Shown: positions 26,892-32,000 of the stretch, piece by piece
Numbering within the stretch: position 1 is the first letter of the stretch
Layout of the letters: each line of letters begins with the position of its first letter
From: Thaumarchaeota archaeon CSP1-1
GTDB taxonomy: Archaea; Thermoproteota; Nitrososphaeria; Nitrososphaerales; Nitrosopumilaceae
Assembly (NCBI GenBank): GCA_001443365.1
Contig: LDXL01000005.1
Coordinates: forward strand, 28,072-60,071
DNA length: 32,000 nt
Direction of reading: 5' to 3'
Position numbers and translations under genes: made by a program
The notes under the pieces: generated by a model
Told to the model about the DNA's origin: nothing
What the model saw: only the letters and a program-made list of their open reading frames with translations
Databases searched by the model: none

Positions 26892-27278
26892 CTATTTTCT
26901 TTCTTCTTCTTTTACCTGCCACTTTTCACTTGCAAATCTTGAAGCTTCTAACTCTAAATGTCCTATTACTTTGTCTCCCCTCCTCACTATGGCGTAATCT
27001 GATTTTTTCGTATGAAAAATTCGCTCTTTGGTTTTGTAACCTCCTTCAATAACTTTGATTTTAAATCGTTTGCTAGCTTTGATTATTAGTTTTCTAGCAA
27101 CCTGTACATCTCCAACCCAAGAAAACATTTCAAAGGAGCCAAAATTCTGTGTTGTGATGGTATGTCCATATAGTCTAGCTTCGAATTTTACATTCTGTTT
27201 CTTTGCTTCTTCATTTAACCATTCAACAACTTTTGAGCCATATCCACTTTCTACAGCAAACGACTCTGAATCCTTCAT
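26892..27278 (-). CDS. conserved-looking hypothetical protein
   Basis: 128-aa ORF with balanced soluble composition; no family recognised. Confidence 0.65.
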   Translation of the reverse strand: MKDSESFAVESGYGSKVVEWLNEEAKKQNVKFEARLYGHTITTQNFGSFEMFSWVGDVQVARKLIIKASKRFKIKVIEGGYKTKERIFHTKKSDYAIVRRGDKVIGHLELEASRFASEKWQVKEEERK

Positions 27279-27470
27279 ACCATGAAATTCAAATCATACT
27301 AGATGAATAATCATGTCATAAACCATTCTCTATTTGTTAAACAAAATCATCTGTAAATTAGAATAAAAAGGAAAAAAGTTAGAAAAGGTTATTAGCAAAT
27401 CCTAATTTTCGAAAAACCACTCTTCTAATCTGGTATTAAACTAAAATAGTATTCAAATTGGTGTTGTTTT

Positions 27471-27839
27471 ATGATTACTGTCGACTGTAGAGAAGTCGAA
27501 TCCATAAAATCTGAATTACTTGTTTATGTTTCAGACCAGGTAGGGGCTATCCCTACATTAAAGCTACATGAGTTCGTGCTATCTCCCATACAAGATGAAG
27601 ATGTAATAGACGAAACTGAGGTAATTACTTCAATAAAGGAATTTCTTGATTCAATAGGAGAGGCAAGAAACTTTGCAGTAATTTCTAAAGCAGACGTAAT
27701 TTTAATAAAATCAATTTCTGGTAAAACAATAGAAAGAGAATCAAGGCCCCCAGCACAAATGTTTTCTTGTACTCATTGTGGTTTTGTTACTCAATATGAA
27801 GTTGAATACAACAATCACGTAAAAATCCATTATCTATAA
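27471..27839 (+). CDS. hypothetical protein with C-terminal C2H2 zinc finger
   Basis: C-terminal CTHCGFVTQYEVEYNNHVKIHYL = C-x2-C-x12-H-x3-H. Confidence 0.8.
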   Translation: MITVDCREVESIKSELLVYVSDQVGAIPTLKLHEFVLSPIQDEDVIDETEVITSIKEFLDSIGEARNFAVISKADVILIKSISGKTIERESRPPAQMFSCTHCGFVTQYEVEYNNHVKIHYL

Positions 27840-27900
27840 GTTAATTTTATTTCAGAAAATTAGGAGGATTATTTATAAATCCTAAATTGTTAAAGATAAC

Positions 27901-28086
27901 ATGGATAAATCATCCAATAAAGCAAACGTATCAAAGATCTATTGCGAAAAATGTAATGAAGTATTTAATTCCAAGCAACAATATGACAAACATTCTTCTA
28001 GGCATTCATCTGGCGTATCATCCCAATCTTGTCCCATAGACACGGTATTGGGGAAAATTGTAGGTTTGTTCAAAAAGCCAAAATAA
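27901..28086 (+). CDS. small C2H2 zinc-finger protein
   Basis: CEKCNEVFNSKQQYDKHSSRH = C-x2-C-x12-H-x3-H within 61 aa. Confidence 0.75.
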   Translation: MDKSSNKANVSKIYCEKCNEVFNSKQQYDKHSSRHSSGVSSQSCPIDTVLGKIVGLFKKPK

Positions 28087-28154
28087 CACTCTCACACTAG
28101 CTTGAATGTAAAATTTGGAACAAGTTTTTTAAATTATTGGGAAAGAACTGTTTC

Positions 28155-28823
28155 ATGAAAAAGAAAGGAATAATTTTTAGTGGAATTGCAGCTATAGTCA
28201 TTATCGCTATTATAGCATCCATTTCTGTATCTCAATCTGTAAATGAATCTCTAAATCTTGACATGGGACAAACACATGGAACAGTTTCTACTGCAATGGG
28301 TTCTCCAATTTTAGGTTCAGATTCTGCTCCTATCACCATTATTGAATTTGGTGATTACCAATGTCATCAATGTTATAATTGGTTTCATAACACAAGAGAC
28401 TCAGTGGTTGAAAATTATATTGAAACTGGAAAAGCTAATCTAGTTTTTGTTGACTTGGCTTTTCTTGGGCGTGATTCCCCAAAGGCTGCTGCTGCAACTT
28501 ATTGTGCAGAAGAACAAGGAAAATACTGGGAATTTCATGATCTTTTGTATACTTCTCAAGAGGGAATAGATTCTGGTTGGGCAAATTCAGAGCGCCTCAA
28601 GGCATTTGCATTTAGTTTAGGATTAGATATGGAATTATTTGATAGTTGCATTGACTCTGGTAAATTCAACAAGAGAGTACAGTTTAACATTAATGAAGCA
28701 AAAAAACAAGGGGCTTCAGCTACCCCTACATTCATCATTGTAAATTCTAATGGACAACAACAAAAATTAGTAGGCGCACAACCATATGCAGTATTCAAAG
28801 ACGTAATAGATTCAATGATCTAA
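28155..28823 (+). CDS. DsbA-family thioredoxin-fold protein, membrane-anchored/secreted
   Basis: N-terminal TM MKKKGIIFSGIAAIVIIAIIASISV; FGDYQCHQCYNWF active site; GASATPTFIIVNSNG cis-Pro loop. ATG at 28155 preferred over TTG at 28137. Confidence 0.93.
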   Translation: MKKKGIIFSGIAAIVIIAIIASISVSQSVNESLNLDMGQTHGTVSTAMGSPILGSDSAPITIIEFGDYQCHQCYNWFHNTRDSVVENYIETGKANLVFVDLAFLGRDSPKAAAATYCAEEQGKYWEFHDLLYTSQEGIDSGWANSERLKAFAFSLGLDMELFDSCIDSGKFNKRVQFNINEAKKQGASATPTFIIVNSNGQQQKLVGAQPYAVFKDVIDSMI

Positions 28824-28824
28824 A

Positions 28825-29307
28825 ATGGCACAGATGATAAAACTAGTATTTGCAGATTATAGATATATCATTTTAGCAGTAGCAATCTTTGTTGGAATGT
28901 TAATTCCGCTCTCAATCATTTCTGAATTCATATTTCTTGAACCATATGTCATTGCACATATTCCTAGTGGCGGTGAAATCAGCTTCTTCTTAATTCTAGT
29001 TGTTTCTGCACTGTCTGGATTAGTTCTTGCCATGAATGTGTATAGAATCAATGCATTTCGTAACAGTCCGAAAAAAAAGATGGGTGGGGGCCTATTTGGT
29101 TCATTAATTGGCGCAGCAGCTGGTGCATGTAGCTGTGGTCCGATAGGATTTGCAGTCATTTCGACATTTGGTGCAGCTGGCGGAATTGCTACTGCATTTT
29201 TGGCAAACTATGAAATACCAATAAGACTTGTCGCGATTGCAATTTTGGCATACACATACTATGCAACAGTAAAATCTCTTGCAGTTGAATGTAAAATTAA
29301 CACTTAG
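28825..29307 (+). CDS. 4-TM hypothetical membrane protein with intramembrane CxC motif
   Basis: 160 aa, ATG one base after the DsbA-like stop; IGAAAGACSCGPIGFAVISTFGAAGGIATAFLA plus a C-terminal Cys. Confidence 0.85.
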   Translation: MAQMIKLVFADYRYIILAVAIFVGMLIPLSIISEFIFLEPYVIAHIPSGGEISFFLILVVSALSGLVLAMNVYRINAFRNSPKKKMGGGLFGSLIGAAAGACSCGPIGFAVISTFGAAGGIATAFLANYEIPIRLVAIAILAYTYYATVKSLAVECKINT

Positions 29308-29324
29308 TAAAATTATAATTTATT

Positions 29325-29385
29325 GGCGACTGAATCTCGTTTAAAACACCCGAGATAGGACGTGGGGAAAAAAGATCCAGTCGCC
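29325..29385. other. nested inverted repeat, possible structured RNA or 3'-UTR element
   Basis: GGCGACTG (29325-29332) / CAGTCGCC (29378-29385) enclosing ATCTCG (29334-29339) / CGAGAT (29351-29356). Confidence 0.5.
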
Positions 29386-29506
29386 TTATAATTTCTATAT
29401 AAAATTTTAGCATTTCACAAGGTGCTTGTTGAATTTGAACAAGCTTGGAATAAACACTGAAATGAAATTCTTTCCTAACAAATCATTTAGGTGTTTTGTG
29501 GCAGAA

Positions 29507-29665
29507 TTACCCTGGTGGAGACATGTAGTATTTTCCGTCTTTTTTCTTACTTGATCTTCCAAAATGAATAAGTTCTAAAATAGTAAATTTTTCCATTTCA
29601 GTAAATTCATGTCCTGTTATTTTTTTCAAATACTCTATTAATTCATCAATATGGACTGGCGGCAT
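29507..29665 (-). CDS. 52-aa hypothetical protein (absent from ORF track)
   Basis: Manual translation: MPPVHIDELIEYLKKITGHEFTEMEKFTILELIHFGRSSKKKDGKYYMSPPG*; plausible helical composition. Confidence 0.5.
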   Translation of the reverse strand: MPPVHIDELIEYLKKITGHEFTEMEKFTILELIHFGRSSKKKDGKYYMSPPG

Positions 29666-29923
29666 TACCTTTCATCGATAAATTTCATAGTAAATAAAAT
29701 TTTGTTGATTAGATTTGAAATTGGTTTTTTATTCCTCTTATTGTCTCAAAAACCCTAAACGTGAAGAATCTAACCAAAGAGGCAATTTTTTGTAACCGGG
29801 AAGCCTATCATTGCCCTTCTTGAAATCATACTAGAAAATGTCAGTGATCTTTATTCCGATAAGGCCAAGTAGAAGAGATTCTGAGGCTGATGAGCTAACC
29901 GAAACAGAAGAAGATTAAGTGCT

Positions 29924-30850
29924 TTAAGACTTGATCTGTTTGAAGGATACTTCTGGATTTTTTATTTTTTCAAATATCTCAGGATGAATTATCTTTGCTA
30001 AAATTTCAATACCTGTGACCGTTCTAAGACTTGGTTTACTAAAATATGAGTTGGCATCAACTGCAAATACATTTTGCTGCCGTACTGCACGAATCTTGTT
30101 CCAGTCTCGATCGTTTTGAAGAATTTTTTTATATTCTGAAACTGTACGCTCTACATCAAAACCACATGGCATTAACACAATAATATCTGGATCAGACTGT
30201 ACTATCTCCTCAATTTTCATTCTTCTTGATTGTTCTCCTTTAGAACTAATCTCATTTTTTCCTCCAGCAATTTCAATCATCTCTGGAACCCAATGACCAG
30301 AAGTGAAAAATGGTTCAAGCCATTCTAATGCTAAAACTCTAGGTCTGCTATCAAAGTTTTTGCTTTGAATAAAATCAATCCGTTTTTGAAGTGACTGTAT
30401 TAACTCCCTTCCCTTTTCCTCCATGCCAATTTTTTTTGCAACATTATCAATACTGTCTAAAATTCCCTTAACGTCATGAGGATTTAATGGATAAATCTCT
30501 GGTTTTTTATCCAAAATTTCCAGCGCCTTGGTGACATGACTAGTATACGCTGAACATACCTCGCATGTATCCTGCGAAATTATTAGATCTGGCCTAGCTT
30601 GTCTTAGATTTTCTTCATCAATCTTGTAGATTTCTTTACCATCTCTCATTAGCTCTACAATCTTATCATCGATTTCTCTGCTTGACATGGTATTAGGATT
30701 AAAAACGGAATTAATTACCCGAGGCTTTGATTTTGCATTTTCAGGATAAAGGCATTCATGGGTTACCCCAAAAATTTTGTCTCCTACTCCAAGCTCATAA
30801 AGCAATTCTGTGGCACTTGGGAAAAAAGAAACAATTCGCTCTACTCCCAT
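29924..30850 (-). CDS. BtuF/FepB-like cobalamin-binding-type protein
   Basis: MGVERIVSFFPSATELLYELGVGDKIFGVTHECLYP, ARPDLIISQDTCEVC, VLALEWLEPFFTSGHWVPEMIEIAGG, DPDIIVLMPCGF. No signal peptide. Confidence 0.88.
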   Translation of the reverse strand: MGVERIVSFFPSATELLYELGVGDKIFGVTHECLYPENAKSKPRVINSVFNPNTMSSREIDDKIVELMRDGKEIYKIDEENLRQARPDLIISQDTCEVCSAYTSHVTKALEILDKKPEIYPLNPHDVKGILDSIDNVAKKIGMEEKGRELIQSLQKRIDFIQSKNFDSRPRVLALEWLEPFFTSGHWVPEMIEIAGGKNEISSKGEQSRRMKIEEIVQSDPDIIVLMPCGFDVERTVSEYKKILQNDRDWNKIRAVRQQNVFAVDANSYFSKPSLRTVTGIEILAKIIHPEIFEKIKNPEVSFKQIKS

Positions 30851-30946
30851 ACTCTATGAAAGTTAATTCAAATTAAAAAATTGTATCTTTACCCAAGGTC
30901 AAATTTCAAATTTAGTCAGATTAATAGGCTCAAAATATGTACGAAA

Positions 30947-32000
30947 TTGGTGTCTCGTAGCTCAAAAGAGATTCGAAAATCAATTGAGGCTAATTGGAGA
31001 GAATATCTATCAAGATATGGGAATCTATTTTCGTCAAATTCATTGAGTGGTTCTAGCCCTCCATCGGTTTTTGTTGGTACGTACAATTATCCTAAGGTGA
31101 ATGTTGGCCCAATGGTACCACCAGTTCACGGTGATACTAGTCTTCTTGATATTCCGGAACGATGGTTAGGAAAAAGTCTTGAAGAAATCGTTAATTTTAG
31201 ACTCAGTCTTGTAAGAGGAATTAAGAAGGTCTCTGTATTGGAACCAGAGGGTCGTTTCATTGAAAATCTTCAAGAAGTTGCAATGTCATCTCGTCCAACT
31301 GACTCTGATATTGAATTCCATAAAAACACTGTTCCAATAACTACCATTGATGGCGAAAGTGCTCCCTTTGGACCAATAGGAGAAATAAAAAAAGCCAAGT
31401 TCTCCGGTTCATCTGCTCAAAGAACAATTGAAAATGCTTACTATGACAAAGATCTAAAAGCAGAAGATGCGGTGTTAAAACTCTATAACACTGGCATAGA
31501 TCTCTCACAAATTCAAAAATGTTTTAGCATTGGAATGTTTGGCAAAAAAAGAAAACTTGTTCCAACTAGATGGAGTATTACTGCAACTGACGACATTATT
31601 TCAAAATCACTTGTCACAGAGATTTTAGATTATCAATTAATTGACTGTTGCAAGGTTTTCTCATTTAATCATCTTGGCAACATGTTTTCAATTATTTTAT
31701 TTCCTCATAGATGGTTGTTTGAAATGGAAGAAGCTTGGTATGACGAACAAGGACAGATTGGATTTGGTTCAGACTATGAGGATGCAAGAGGAATTGATCA
31801 TCCTCCTGCAATTGCTGGGGCATACTTTGCTGCAAAACTTGGTGTTGCAGAGTATTTAGCAAAAAATAAAACGCAAGCTGCAGTTTTAGTGTTGCGTGAA
31901 ATCAGGCCAGAGTATGCAATACCTGTAGGTGTATGGCAGGTACGTGAAGGAATAAGAGCTGCTATGAAAGAACAGCCTTTCATCGCTTCAAGCCTCGATG
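30947..32000 (+). CDS. nreA: NreA-like DNA repair protein, truncated at window edge
   Basis: Open frame from TTG 30947 (or GTG 30950) to the window end: VFVGTYNYPKVNVGPMVPPVHGDTSLLDIPERWLGKSLEEIVNFRLSLVRG...IPVGVWQVREGIRAA. Confidence 0.88.
   Translation, partial: MVSRSSKEIRKSIEANWREYLSRYGNLFSSNSLSGSSPPSVFVGTYNYPKVNVGPMVPPVHGDTSLLDIPERWLGKSLEEIVNFRLSLVRGIKKVSVLEPEGRFIENLQEVAMSSRPTDSDIEFHKNTVPITTIDGESAPFGPIGEIKKAKFSGSSAQRTIENAYYDKDLKAEDAVLKLYNTGIDLSQIQKCFSIGMFGKKRKLVPTRWSITATDDIISKSLVTEILDYQLIDCCKVFSFNHLGNMFSIILFPHRWLFEMEEAWYDEQGQIGFGSDYEDARGIDHPPAIAGAYFAAKLGVAEYLAKNKTQAAVLVLREIRPEYAIPVGVWQVREGIRAAMKEQPFIASSLD

Noticed and set aside
29325-29385. Considered as a degenerate tRNA because of GGCGACT/AGTCGCC ends
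   Set aside because: Too short, with no T-loop (GGTTCAAATCC-like) or D-arm signature; kept only as an unassigned structured element.
29781-29815. GGCAAT...ATTGCC inverted repeat
   Set aside because: Only 6 perfect base pairs with a ~23-nt loop and poor extension; expected by chance in a window this size.
29874-29886. CTGAggcTGATGA, resembling adjacent D'/C' boxes of a C/D sRNA
   Set aside because: No outer C box and D box at the expected guide spacing; it can be explained by the local micro-ORF or chance.
31798-31983. Track ORF - 61 aa
   Set aside because: Antisense to the NreA-like ORF, which stays open from 30947 to the window end.
1-32000. CRISPR array, transposon, prophage, toxin-antitoxin or defence cluster
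   Set aside because: No regularly spaced direct repeats, transposase, integrase, phage structural or recognisable defence/toxin modules were seen; the only nuclease-like gene is isolated.

Overview
AT-rich archaeal chromosome segment. Protein content points to Nitrososphaerota (Thaumarchaeota), Nitrosopumilus/Nitrosarchaeum-like. It is mostly core/housekeeping: PAC2-family protein, TBP, DUF1512, type II Map, tRNA-Pro(TGG), lamin-tail/Ig-like repeat surface protein, Tsr3, APC permease-USP fusion, RNase P RNA, CofD/CofC, TFB, CPBP protease, eIF1/SUI1, UPF0148-like protein, Sec61beta, DUF2070, PD-(D/E)XK-like protein, orphan family 5 solute-binding protein, SAM methyltransferase, geranylgeranyl reductase, DUF99, SDR, beta-hydroxyacid dehydrogenase, two C2H2 mini-proteins, DsbA-like protein plus a CxC membrane protein, a cobalamin-binding-like protein without signal peptide, and a truncated NreA. 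I found no CRISPR, transposon, prophage or defence island. Items missing from the ORF track that the sequence supports: rnpB, tRNA-Pro, Sec61beta, NreA (edge), PAC2 (edge) and several micro-ORFs. Most worth a second look: the identity-swapped but complementary P4 helix of RNase P RNA; the DsbA-like/CxC membrane-protein pair; a nested 61-nt hairpin element just downstream of that pair; and the large LTD surface protein with seven degenerate repeats. None of these is a demonstrated new system.
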